This document shows, piece after piece, positions 39,210 to 48,347 of a DNA stretch of 64,000 nt. Source of the stretch: Candidatus Zixiibacteriota bacterium (GTDB lineage Bacteria > Zixibacteria > MSB-5A5 > GN15 > FEB-12); assembly GCA_022571845.1 (NCBI GenBank), contig JACZXB010000012.1, forward strand, positions 127-64,126, given 5' to 3'. A program made the translations under genes and the position numbers. The stretch's first letter is position 1. Every line of letters begins with the position of its first letter. Below the pieces are notes generated by a model. It did not search any database. It was given only the letters and a program-made list of their open reading frames with translations, and was not told the DNA's origin.

Positions 39210-41630
39210 CTACTTGATTATGATATCAAACGGCATTCTGGCCATAATTCCGTTTTCTTCAATCTGAAATTCACTGTCGCTGTTGTCGCTCTGAGATTGT
39301 CCCAACCCCAAAAATGCACTAACAGAACTCAAGAAGCGGCTGCCGGGCAGAAGAAATAACGGACGTTTTTCGGGATAAAATTCAACCCGGTAGTCTTTTA
39401 GATTTAATTTTTCTGCTGTATAGACGATCGCATTTCTTAGCCCGCCTATCTCATCGACCAGGCCGATAGAACGAGCCTCTTGTCCGGTCCAGACTCTGCC
39501 TCTGGCCAGATTATCAATCGAATCCGGAGACATCTTTCTACTAGAAGCGACCAGTTCAACGAAATAGTCATAGAACTCCTGAATGTGAGACATCTGCTTT
39601 TCCCTTTCATCTTCTGTGAACGGTCGCATTGAACTCATCATTCCGGCAAACTTGCCCCTGGAGTATAACTCTTTTTTCAGTTCGATTTTCTCATAGAGCT
39701 TTTTAAGATTTAGCTTGCCGCCATAAATGCCTATTGATCCGGTTATAGTGCCGGCATTGGCAAATATTCTGTCACCCGACATGGCAATGTAGTACCCGCC
39801 CGATGCCGCCAGGTTGGCCATAGATATAATCAGCGGTTTCTTGCGTGAGGCCTTATCTGCTGCATGAAAAATCTCTTCGCCGGGCAGTACGAATCCGCCG
39901 GGAGAGTTGACTCTGAAAACTATTCCTTTAACATTTTTGTCGCCGGCGGCTCTGGAAAACGCTCTGCCAAGACTCTTGGGGGTAGCATTTTCCTTTTTGG
40001 AAAACGGCAGCACACCCCGGCTGGAAAATCTAATTTCACCTTCGGCCACAACTACCGCAATTTTTGGTCTGGCCGGCCAGCCGTCATTTAAGAGAGTATC
40101 ACGCAAATATTTTCTAAATGAAATCTCTGGCATGCTGCGCAGGTAGTCTTTGTGCATTTCGTCAGCGTAACTCAAGCCCTGGACTAATCCATAATTTAGT
40201 GCTTCTGCTGAAGTAAACGGCCCATGGTCTATTATCTTGCGGACCGAATCTGCCGAAAGCGACCTTGACTGGCCGATATCGGTTACAAATTGATCGTAAA
40301 GATTATCTAAGATACGATTTACTTGTTCTCTTTCCTGCTCAGTTGATCCTGTGCGGGTTAACCTGTCCGGAGCTGTTTTGTAATCGCCTATTTTTACAAT
40401 ATCCAGCTCTGCTCCTAATTTTGAAAGTGTTCCGGCATAATAGGTCAGCTCTGCTCTCAGCCCGACCAGATTTAGCTGACTGACCGGCGGAATAAGAATA
40501 CTGTCAGCCACCGAGGCTATGTAGTAGCCGATATTATTGCCCAGAGAAAGATGACATACGATAGTTTTGTTCTTGCTCTTAAAATATTTCAGCGCCTCGC
40601 GAATTTCCTGTGCCTGGGCAAAACCGAAAGTACTGTTTCTGAGTTTCAATATTATTTCGTCAATAGAATCATCATCAGCTGCGCGATAAATATTACTGAC
40701 CAGTTGATAAAATGACTGCGGTTTGAAACCGAATATCGGGCGCGGCGGATTTTCCGAGCGACCACCGGAAACCGCCACAGCAAGCCTTCTCTTTTTCCAG
40801 GAAATCAGCGACGGCTGTTTTAGGTCAACTTTACCTGCATATAATGTAGTTCCTCTGCCTCCGCCATCACGGTCAAAGCTGCTCTGGGCACCGACAAAGT
40901 ACCTTAATAGATTAGTTCTCAGCCCGATGCTGAAATTTTGTCTGGAATCTATCAGTCCTTCAACCAGCAGTGCCGGATGCGGCTTATATATGGCACTATA
41001 GGTGTAGTCCGCATCGCTGTAATCAATTGAGGAAGTCTTGACAACGTCAACTGAGAGGGTCAGTTGCTGCTCAAAAGGACGATATGAAACAGAATACGTC
41101 TTTTCTACTTCAGTGCGCTCTCCATCAATTCTACCGCGGTTTAAATTTGTAAACAGAGCCCCGAAAGTGAATTTCCCCTCCCCCTTAATTAGTATTCCAA
41201 GATTCCAGAAATGACGGTTGTTGTATTTACCGGGACCGTCTTTGAACATTCGATAAGAACCGCCCAGATTAAGATTGCCCAAAGCAAATCCGCTGGCCAA
41301 AAGGTATTCTTTGTAATCTTCACCAGCCGGATTATAAATTCTTCGATAACCCATGGCAGACTCTTCACCATTTAAAAGAATGCCCCAGCTCCTGGCGACA
41401 TTACCATCCAGGTAATCGGCCATCAGCAGCACGCCGCTGCCGGTGTAGCGGCTGAGACCAGCCGGATTTATCCAGCCCGATTCAAAGCCGAAAACATTGG
41501 AAGCGCTTTTGAAATAAAATACGCCTTCTGGTATGGGTACTCTCTCCCCTGCCTTTAAGCTTACTGTCTGAAAGAAAATGATTGCACAAACTGCCAGACC
41601 TAAACTGATGTTTCTTAAAATTTTAATCAT
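39210..41630 (-). CDS. sppA: signal peptide peptidase SppA (two S49 domains) with an extra ~280-aa N-terminal barrel-like domain
   Basis: The two S49 halves contain NIGYYIASVADSI and ASGGYYIAMSGDRIFA...GSIG. The N-terminal region has a signal peptide and a WINPAG motif, as in the 46160 outer-membrane protein. Confidence 0.85.
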   Translation of the reverse strand: MIKILRNISLGLAVCAIIFFQTVSLKAGERVPIPEGVFYFKSASNVFGFESGWINPAGLSRYTGSGVLLMADYLDGNVARSWGILLNGEESAMGYRRIYNPAGEDYKEYLLASGFALGNLNLGGSYRMFKDGPGKYNNRHFWNLGILIKGEGKFTFGALFTNLNRGRIDGERTEVEKTYSVSYRPFEQQLTLSVDVVKTSSIDYSDADYTYSAIYKPHPALLVEGLIDSRQNFSIGLRTNLLRYFVGAQSSFDRDGGGRGTTLYAGKVDLKQPSLISWKKRRLAVAVSGGRSENPPRPIFGFKPQSFYQLVSNIYRAADDDSIDEIILKLRNSTFGFAQAQEIREALKYFKSKNKTIVCHLSLGNNIGYYIASVADSILIPPVSQLNLVGLRAELTYYAGTLSKLGAELDIVKIGDYKTAPDRLTRTGSTEQEREQVNRILDNLYDQFVTDIGQSRSLSADSVRKIIDHGPFTSAEALNYGLVQGLSYADEMHKDYLRSMPEISFRKYLRDTLLNDGWPARPKIAVVVAEGEIRFSSRGVLPFSKKENATPKSLGRAFSRAAGDKNVKGIVFRVNSPGGFVLPGEEIFHAADKASRKKPLIISMANLAASGGYYIAMSGDRIFANAGTITGSIGIYGGKLNLKKLYEKIELKKELYSRGKFAGMMSSMRPFTEDEREKQMSHIQEFYDYFVELVASSRKMSPDSIDNLARGRVWTGQEARSIGLVDEIGGLRNAIVYTAEKLNLKDYRVEFYPEKRPLFLLPGSRFLSSVSAFLGLGQSQSDNSDSEFQIEENGIMARMPFDIIIK

Positions 41631-42678
41631 CGTAGCCTCGTATATAAATATTACCGCTGCCTCGTACTGAACCGCTGATAATAGATTTGCCCTTGCCGGA
41701 AACCAGGTTCATTCGATTATGCTCAATAAGTTTGGTCACAAAATCAATGTTTGATACTTCAATCTTGCCGCCCTCGGCGACTACCAGCGTAAAAGCTGCC
41801 GAAGTAGTGTCGGGCAGATTAATTTCAATATCTTCAAAGCGGTTGGTAATCCGCAGCTGGGCTTTGTCAATCCCGGATATCTCCAGTTCTATCGGACCTG
41901 ACATGCCTTTTATAATGTTGCGCCTGCCTGTGATATACAGATCCGACAGTTGAATCCTGCCGTAACTTCCTTCGACATAAAGCTCGCCTGTAAATCCTCT
42001 GATTCGAATATCTCCGTTCTCATTTTCTATATCGGCTCTTTTGTCAAGGCTGACCAGGTTCTTGGCCGTGAGCACGGAATTCGAAGTAGCCAGAGAGATT
42101 TCCCCTGTTATATCAGAAACATCAAGCCGGCGATTAGTCGTGGAAACTTCGAGTCTTCTGGTCACGTTTCTTATATTAATCCGTCCCAATGAAGAAGGAA
42201 TTACCATTGATTCAAAAGGGCCGACAGCCGTCACATCAAAAAGGGGAGCTTCTACTAATACCGAGTAATTCTCAGGAATCGTGATTTTTGCTTCGACCCG
42301 TCCCCACTGATTATCATCTGTCCAGGGTGCCGGGTTTGGCGAGCGCAGTTCAAGTTTGATATCTTTGGGACCGCTTCTTAGAACTACCGCGATAAGATCA
42401 ATGTAATCAATCGCTTCATCCATACTGTTCGCCTTGGCTTTCTTGAAATAAGTAATTTTTACTTTATCTGTCTTTGCAACTTCGATAGTCAGTTTACCCG
42501 GAAGATTAGAGGCCGCCCTAATCTGCAAAGTTGTACGCTCGCCAACTTTTATTTTATCTCGTATTTCGCGGGTGGTATAGATACCGTCGGCAGTCTTAAA
42601 AACAGTTTGTGCAAAAATCTCCAGCGGCCAGAGCAGGAATATTAAAGCTGTAAATAAATTTATTATTAGATTTTTCAT
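41623..42678 (-). CDS. secreted repeat protein (DUF4097-like putative adhesin fold)
   Basis: Signal peptide and repetitive beta-strand segments (G.I.I.....L.V....G.I.L). 8-nt overlap with sppA. Family assignment is by resemblance only. Confidence 0.6.
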   Translation of the reverse strand: MKNLIINLFTALIFLLWPLEIFAQTVFKTADGIYTTREIRDKIKVGERTTLQIRAASNLPGKLTIEVAKTDKVKITYFKKAKANSMDEAIDYIDLIAVVLRSGPKDIKLELRSPNPAPWTDDNQWGRVEAKITIPENYSVLVEAPLFDVTAVGPFESMVIPSSLGRINIRNVTRRLEVSTTNRRLDVSDITGEISLATSNSVLTAKNLVSLDKRADIENENGDIRIRGFTGELYVEGSYGRIQLSDLYITGRRNIIKGMSGPIELEISGIDKAQLRITNRFEDIEINLPDTTSAAFTLVVAEGGKIEVSNIDFVTKLIEHNRMNLVSGKGKSIISGSVRGSGNIYIRGYDD

Positions 42679-43472
42679 TTTTTTTGATTTTTATCTCTGT
42701 CATACATTTGCTTCATAATTATAGAACCAGCAACTGCCGCGTTAAGTGACTCCGCTTTGGGGCTGTGGGCTATACTGATAACAGCATCAGATAGCTTTAA
42801 CACTCTTTCAGATAGTCCGGCCGATTCAGAGCCGATTGCCAGTATTATCGGATTGTTTGAACTTTTTGGTAGCTCTGTCATACTTTTATTACCTGATGCT
42901 TTAGAAGCTATCAGCCTGGCTTTCTTTCTGTTTTTAAAATCTTCAAGTTCTTCATAGCTTACATTTGCCAGCGGCAGTCTGAACAAGGCGCCGGCCGAAG
43001 ACCGTACCACCTTGGGATTATAAAGTTCTATCGATTTTCTGCTTACCAGCAGCATATCAAATTCAAAAGCAAGGGCAGACCTGGCCAGAGTTCCTAAATT
43101 TCCAGGATCTGTTATCTCATCACACAATAATAGTTTACGATAGATAGGTTTGTAAAGTTTTGTCAGTTCCTGTTCAGGGGTATCGAATACCGCCAGAATC
43201 CCCTGTGAACTCTTGGTATCGGAGACAGCTTCAATTTCTGTTGAGGAGAGCTCATTTACAGTCACTTTGAGTTTCTTAAAGGTCGTTACAAGCTTTTGCC
43301 CCCGTCCGCTCAGTGTTGCTGAAGCATAAAGCAGCATATTTGGCAGGAATTTGTGCTTGAGCGCCTCTTCCAAGAGTCTGACACCGCCCACCGCAAATTT
43401 CCGCTGCTCTTTGCGCCCTTTTTTGGAGTTTAGGGACTTTATTCTTTTTAGTTCTTCTTTGGTCAATTTCAA
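42675..43472 (-). CDS. TrmH/SpoU-family RNA 2'-O-methyltransferase
   Basis: SpoU motifs DPGNLGTLARSA, LAIGSESAGLS, SLNAAVAGSI. Confidence 0.88.
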   Translation of the reverse strand: MKLTKEELKRIKSLNSKKGRKEQRKFAVGGVRLLEEALKHKFLPNMLLYASATLSGRGQKLVTTFKKLKVTVNELSSTEIEAVSDTKSSQGILAVFDTPEQELTKLYKPIYRKLLLCDEITDPGNLGTLARSALAFEFDMLLVSRKSIELYNPKVVRSSAGALFRLPLANVSYEELEDFKNRKKARLIASKASGNKSMTELPKSSNNPIILAIGSESAGLSERVLKLSDAVISIAHSPKAESLNAAVAGSIIMKQMYDRDKNQKK

Positions 43473-43538
43473 AATAATTTACTATCAGGAAACTTTCAAT
43501 TATTGTTTAAGAAACCTAATGCAGGATTGCTCAGGCAA

Positions 43539-46142
43539 GTGAAAACTTTTTACCGCAATTTACTTATTAGCTTTCTGTTCTTACTGACGACCGCAAGTTC
43601 CTCGGAAAAAATCGTGATCGGAGGACTGGACGGTGCCAACCCTTACGACTACGAGGCTACATACTCAGTTGCTCTGGCAATATCCGGCGGAGGGGCCAGA
43701 GGCCTGTCCACTATCGGTATTCTGAAAGCTTTTGAGGAAAAAAATATAAAGATAATAGCGATAGCGGGCACTTCCATGGGAGCAATAATCGGCGGACTCT
43801 ATGCTTGCGGTTACTCACCGGACGAGCTTTCAAATATCATTGGTGATATTGATTTTGACGAATTTTTCAGCAACGCTCCCAAAAGACAAACGATGTTTCT
43901 GACCCGCAGACAGGAAAACGAAAGACACCTCTTTTCAATGAGGTTTGATAATTTCAGACCGGTCATACCAAGAGCTCTCACCGGCGGACAAACTATTACC
44001 ACCGTGCTGACTAAACTGACTACCAAAGCTAATTATCAGTCTGGCGGCGATTTCTTGAAACTGCCGATTCCTTTTAGGACTGTTGCTACAGACATAATAA
44101 CCGGCCGGGAAATTGTACTCGAAAGAGGCTCACTGGCTGATGCTATGCGGGCTTCCATGGCTTTTCCCCTGGCCCTGACTGCTGTTGAAAGAAACGGGCA
44201 GCTCCTTATGGACGGCGGCATGGTCACCCCCATTCCGGTTAATCTTGTTAAAAAGATGTGTGACAAAGATAACTATGTAGTGGCCATCAACACCACCAGC
44301 GCACTCCAGGCCAAAGATAAACTCCGCACGCCGGTAGATATCGCCAATCAGGTTACTACAATTATGACTGCTGACAAATTGAGTTCACAGCTTAAGCAGG
44401 CCGATCTGGTGCTTGAACCGGAACTTTCAGATTTTGATGCCGGAGATTTTGAGTTTATAGACAGCCTGATTAATATCGGCTACCGCGCCGGTCTAAAAGC
44501 AGCAGACAGCATTATTGCCGTGCTGTCTGAAAAGCAGGACAGTACTAAAATTTTCATCTACAGTTGTCAAGCAGCAGGCGGCGATGCTGAATTCAGCTCC
44601 TCTCTTAAAAAGCAGTTTAGTAACCAGAAATTCACTCGCCTTCAGCTTGAAAACCGGCTCAAACAATTCGTACGCGACAACTCTTTATTCCGTCTGGAAG
44701 CAGAGCTATCACCAAAAAACAATTTTGAAGACACAGTCGCACTACTTGTAAGCAGGCAGGAATACCTGATAACTAAGCAATACAGTATAGTAATAAAAGG
44801 CGGTTCTATTTTTGACCCGGCCATTCTGATAGCTCTCTTTGTAGACGGACGAACAGAACTAAACCCTGCTAATATCAGAAACGGCCTGAAGCAGATAGTC
44901 GATTTCTACATCAAGAACGGCTATGATGCTGCCTATGTCTCTGACTTGACAATTGACGAACCCCGAAAAATTATAACTATTGAGATTGACGAGGCGGTCA
45001 TTCATAGCATCGACATTGAAGATAACAGACGCAGCAAAGACTGGCTGGTACGTTCATATTTTCCGCTCATAGCCGGGCAGCCATACTCCACCAAGCTGGC
45101 GGCCGATGGCATCAATAATATTTACGGTACGAATTTATATGAACAGGTAACAGTTGACTTAGTCCCTTACCGCAGCGGCGCCAGAGTAAAGATTCGCGTC
45201 AAAGAAAGACATTACACTCAGCTAAGATTGGGCTGGCACTGGCATGATGAATTTCAGTCTGAAGAATTTGTGGAAGTTCTCGATGATAATATTCGTGGCA
45301 TGGGACTGGAGTATCTTCTGCATGCACAATACGCAGATGAGAGGCAGAACTATTTTGCCCGGCTAAAGATAGACCGCATCTGGTTCAGTTACATGACTGC
45401 CAGTATAACAGCCTATCATAACCGCCTTGCCCGCAAACTATTTGATGATGACGGCAACGTAGCTGGTTCGCGCCGGGAAAAACGCACTGGTTTTGAACTC
45501 AGCCTGGGACAGCAGCTTGCCCGCCTCGGCACAGTTCGCGGCGCCTTTGTCTTTGAAGAGGTCAGAAATGAATATAATAACAGCCTGCTAAATGAAAATT
45601 TTGGGCAGAGAATTATTCATCTGGAATCGCAGATAGAAACTTTTGACAGAGTCCCTTTTCCCAATAACGGCAAGCTCAATCTGATTCAAGTGCGTCTGGC
45701 CGGGAAGTTTTTGGGCGGTGAAGTCGAATACACCAGATTTTTCTCATCGCTTGAAAGTTATATTCCGCTCGGCAAATATCTGAATTTTCATCCCAAAGTT
45801 TCCATAGGCATCAGCCGCTCGGGTCTGCCGGGCTCAGAGCTGTTTTATCTGGGAGGTGCCCACTCGTTTATCGGATTTCGGACCAATCAGCTCTCCGGCG
45901 ATAAAATGATTTTATTTAATAATGAATTGAGACTTAAGCTGCCGCTGGGATTTTACGCAATTGGCCGCTATGATTTTGGCGAAGTCTACGATTATACCTC
46001 CCAGATAAAACTTCGTAATCTCCGTCACGGCGTGGGAGCCTTTGTAGCTATTAACAGCCCGATCGGACCTTTCGAGTTCGGCTATGGCGTGGCCAACTCC
46101 GATAACGACAGATTTTATATTAATATCGGACTAAAATTTTAA
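43539..46142 (+). CDS. patatin-like phospholipase fused to a POTRA/Omp85 beta-barrel (PlpD-like, type Vd secretion architecture)
   Basis: Patatin motifs GGGARG, GTSMGA, and DGG for the catalytic Asp. C-terminal Omp85-type barrel ends in ...FYINIGLKF. Start is either GTG 43539 (signal peptide) or TTG 43503. Confidence 0.85.
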   Translation: MKTFYRNLLISFLFLLTTASSSEKIVIGGLDGANPYDYEATYSVALAISGGGARGLSTIGILKAFEEKNIKIIAIAGTSMGAIIGGLYACGYSPDELSNIIGDIDFDEFFSNAPKRQTMFLTRRQENERHLFSMRFDNFRPVIPRALTGGQTITTVLTKLTTKANYQSGGDFLKLPIPFRTVATDIITGREIVLERGSLADAMRASMAFPLALTAVERNGQLLMDGGMVTPIPVNLVKKMCDKDNYVVAINTTSALQAKDKLRTPVDIANQVTTIMTADKLSSQLKQADLVLEPELSDFDAGDFEFIDSLINIGYRAGLKAADSIIAVLSEKQDSTKIFIYSCQAAGGDAEFSSSLKKQFSNQKFTRLQLENRLKQFVRDNSLFRLEAELSPKNNFEDTVALLVSRQEYLITKQYSIVIKGGSIFDPAILIALFVDGRTELNPANIRNGLKQIVDFYIKNGYDAAYVSDLTIDEPRKIITIEIDEAVIHSIDIEDNRRSKDWLVRSYFPLIAGQPYSTKLAADGINNIYGTNLYEQVTVDLVPYRSGARVKIRVKERHYTQLRLGWHWHDEFQSEEFVEVLDDNIRGMGLEYLLHAQYADERQNYFARLKIDRIWFSYMTASITAYHNRLARKLFDDDGNVAGSRREKRTGFELSLGQQLARLGTVRGAFVFEEVRNEYNNSLLNENFGQRIIHLESQIETFDRVPFPNNGKLNLIQVRLAGKFLGGEVEYTRFFSSLESYIPLGKYLNFHPKVSIGISRSGLPGSELFYLGGAHSFIGFRTNQLSGDKMILFNNELRLKLPLGFYAIGRYDFGEVYDYTSQIKLRNLRHGVGAFVAINSPIGPFEFGYGVANSDNDRFYINIGLKF

Positions 46143-46159
46143 GCTAACTTGAAACAGAA

Positions 46160-47155
46160 TTAAAATCTGTAACCGGCGCTGACTCTGAAAGTTTCACCGA
46201 GGTCATCGTGATGCAGGTAAGCAAAATCTACGGTGATGTTCTTAACATCCACCCCGCCCCCGGCGGTAAACTTGCCTATATCAAACCCGGCCCGGCCAAA
46301 AACTAATTCCCGGTATCCCAGCTCCAGTCCAAAATGCGTATCAAGCGACAACGAGCCGCTCCAGTATTGGGCGGCCGTTTTGAGACTCTCAAATTTCAGA
46401 TCGCCGCTGGCTGCAAAACGCGCCGAGACCTGATTGAAATACTTTTCAATCATGAGCCCCGGTTTAACCGTCGGGAAAATTGATTCGGTGCTTGATTTAG
46501 TCTCGGTCCTCTGTCCGCTTGAGTCTGCCGGTTCAATGACAGTGCCGCCGCCGTAGCGGATAAAACCCGAAGTAACGTCGCTGACCATCAAGCCCAAGCG
46601 AAAGGCCGCACTTAGCTGATAGAGCAGCCCGGCGTCCATAGTAAGTCCCTGCCCGGACTCAGGTCCGATGTCACGATAGATTATTTTGGCGCTCATGCCA
46701 AAATCTATTTTTTGGCTAATTTTTCCTGAGAGCGATGCTGCCAGCAAAATATCAGCGTGTGATTCTTCGCGCACTACATAAGGGCGATTGAACTGGTCGA
46801 GCTGAGTAATTTTGATGCCGCCGCCACCCAGATAATAAAAATAAAACCCGAAAGCGCTAATCTTGCCTTGATCTCTTGGCCTGGAGTCGATATAAGCGAC
46901 ATAGTCATGGTTAAGTAGCGATCCGAAAGTCTCAGCATGCATCGCTACAATATGCCGATGGTTCAAATAATTCATGCCGGCCGGATTCCAGTAAGAGGCG
47001 GTACCGTCAAAAGGACCGGCTATAACAGCTCCGCCCATGGCAAGTCCGCGCGCGCCGACACCGAGTGAAAATGACTCACCCGAAAACTTGGCGGCTTCGG
47101 TGCCTGAGCACAAGAGCAGAACAGCTACCAGTATTAATTTGAGCTTACAAGTCAT
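46160..47155 (-). CDS. outer-membrane beta-barrel protein (PorV/FadL-like by motif only)
   Basis: Signal peptide MTCKLKLILVAVLLLCSG, then GVGARGLAMGGA...YWNPAG. C-terminal residues are aromatic (..GYRF). Confidence 0.65.
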   Translation of the reverse strand: MTCKLKLILVAVLLLCSGTEAAKFSGESFSLGVGARGLAMGGAVIAGPFDGTASYWNPAGMNYLNHRHIVAMHAETFGSLLNHDYVAYIDSRPRDQGKISAFGFYFYYLGGGGIKITQLDQFNRPYVVREESHADILLAASLSGKISQKIDFGMSAKIIYRDIGPESGQGLTMDAGLLYQLSAAFRLGLMVSDVTSGFIRYGGGTVIEPADSSGQRTETKSSTESIFPTVKPGLMIEKYFNQVSARFAASGDLKFESLKTAAQYWSGSLSLDTHFGLELGYRELVFGRAGFDIGKFTAGGGVDVKNITVDFAYLHHDDLGETFRVSAGYRF

Positions 47156-47220
47156 TCGATTATTGAATATCCCACTTTTTTCCTGAAACATCAAACAAAC
47201 GGAAATAGTTCTGAAAAATA

Positions 47221-47255
47221 AAAAAGCGGCTCGTTATTAGCGAACCGCTTTTTAT
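47221..47255 (-). terminator. rho-independent terminator after the HMA gene
   Basis: Stem gcggctcg/cgaaccgc (1 mismatch) flanked by A/T runs. On the minus strand the hairpin is followed by TTTTTATTTTT. Confidence 0.55.
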
Positions 47256-47282
47256 AAATCTATTTAATTCTGCAGTCGGCTA

Positions 47283-47957
47283 TCAGTTGGTGCCTTGCGC
47301 AGAAGAAGTCTTGATAGTTGTTGCTTTCTTAGCTGCACCACAAGTTTTGCCGGTCCAACCAATCGTGCTGGTTTTGGCATCAGTACTGACTGTTGCTACC
47401 GCCGGGATAATTTCTGCTTCAAAACCTCTGGCACTTACAGCTTTCAACAAAACTTCGCTGGATGCATTATCCGGATTGGCACAAACAACTGCATAGCCGG
47501 ACTTATAACAAACTCCGAGAACTTTGTTAACACCGTCAATGTTCATTAAGGCTGCCTTGATTGTGTTTTCACAACCAGCACAAGTCATCCCTTTGATTGA
47601 CATTTTTGTATAATTACAATCTTTAGCCGCAGCACATAACTCTGCGTGATTCGCTTTAACAGCAGCTAAACAGGCTTCAATCTGCTCAGGAGAGCAAGTA
47701 GCTGATGCCAGCTTGGCAGAAGTTGTTGAATTCTTGTAAGCACAGACTGACTTGCCGGCCAGGCTTCCGGAACTTTTCGATGAGGTCACGCTGGTAGTAA
47801 ATTTGACAGTTGTCTGAGAAAGCGAGCAGCCCGATTTGACCGAGGCTGTCTTGGCGCTGAATGAGCAGGCAGGATTGCTTTCACAAGCAAACGCAGCCAA
47901 AGCACCCATGGCCACAAAAGCCATCACTGTAAAACCGACAAATAGTACTTTTCTCAC
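47283..47957 (-). CDS. secreted heavy-metal-associated (HMA) domain protein with a Cys/Ser/Thr-rich N-terminal half
   Basis: Signal peptide. HMA motif MSIKGMTCAGCENTIKAALMNIDGV. Several additional Cys pairs lie upstream. Confidence 0.8.
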   Translation of the reverse strand: MRKVLFVGFTVMAFVAMGALAAFACESNPACSFSAKTASVKSGCSLSQTTVKFTTSVTSSKSSGSLAGKSVCAYKNSTTSAKLASATCSPEQIEACLAAVKANHAELCAAAKDCNYTKMSIKGMTCAGCENTIKAALMNIDGVNKVLGVCYKSGYAVVCANPDNASSEVLLKAVSARGFEAEIIPAVATVSTDAKTSTIGWTGKTCGAAKKATTIKTSSAQGTN

Positions 47958-48162
47958 AATGTTACTCCTTAGATAATTATGTAGTTTTCTGAAAGTTATA
48001 TTCTTTTTTCTAAGTTACCAGTTAAACAACGATCTGTCCAGCCCGTTCCCTGATTTTGGGAATAAATCGGCTATTTTATTATATCGCAGATTTAGCTATA
48101 CTCTAAAGTAATGAAGCAATTTACATGCGAACACCAACCCTGTTATTCCTACTCCTGTCTTT

Positions 48163-48219
48163 TCTATTGTTGTCTTTCCAGTCTATTGTTGTCTTTCCAG
48201 TCTATTGTTGTCTTTCCAG
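48163..48219 (+). repeat. 3 x 19-bp perfect tandem repeat
   Basis: (tctattgttgtctttccag)x3 runs into the hairpin element ttccagcgaaggctggaa. Located in the divergent HMA/arsC spacer. Confidence 0.9.
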
Positions 48220-48347
48220 CGAAGGCTGGAACCCATCTTCTCTTCGCGCAGACAGGAATCCATCCCCGAACAGGTTTTGCAGGGTCTTGTTCTCCGCCTG
48301 CGGAGGATGTGACCCTGTAGTTACGGACCAAAAACGGAGCTAACCAC

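Noticed and set aside
48163-48219. Possible mini-CRISPR array (three identical 19-bp units)
   Set aside because: The units are contiguous with no spacers, are only 19 bp long, and merge into the common hairpin repeat family. No cas genes are present. This is a simple tandem repeat.
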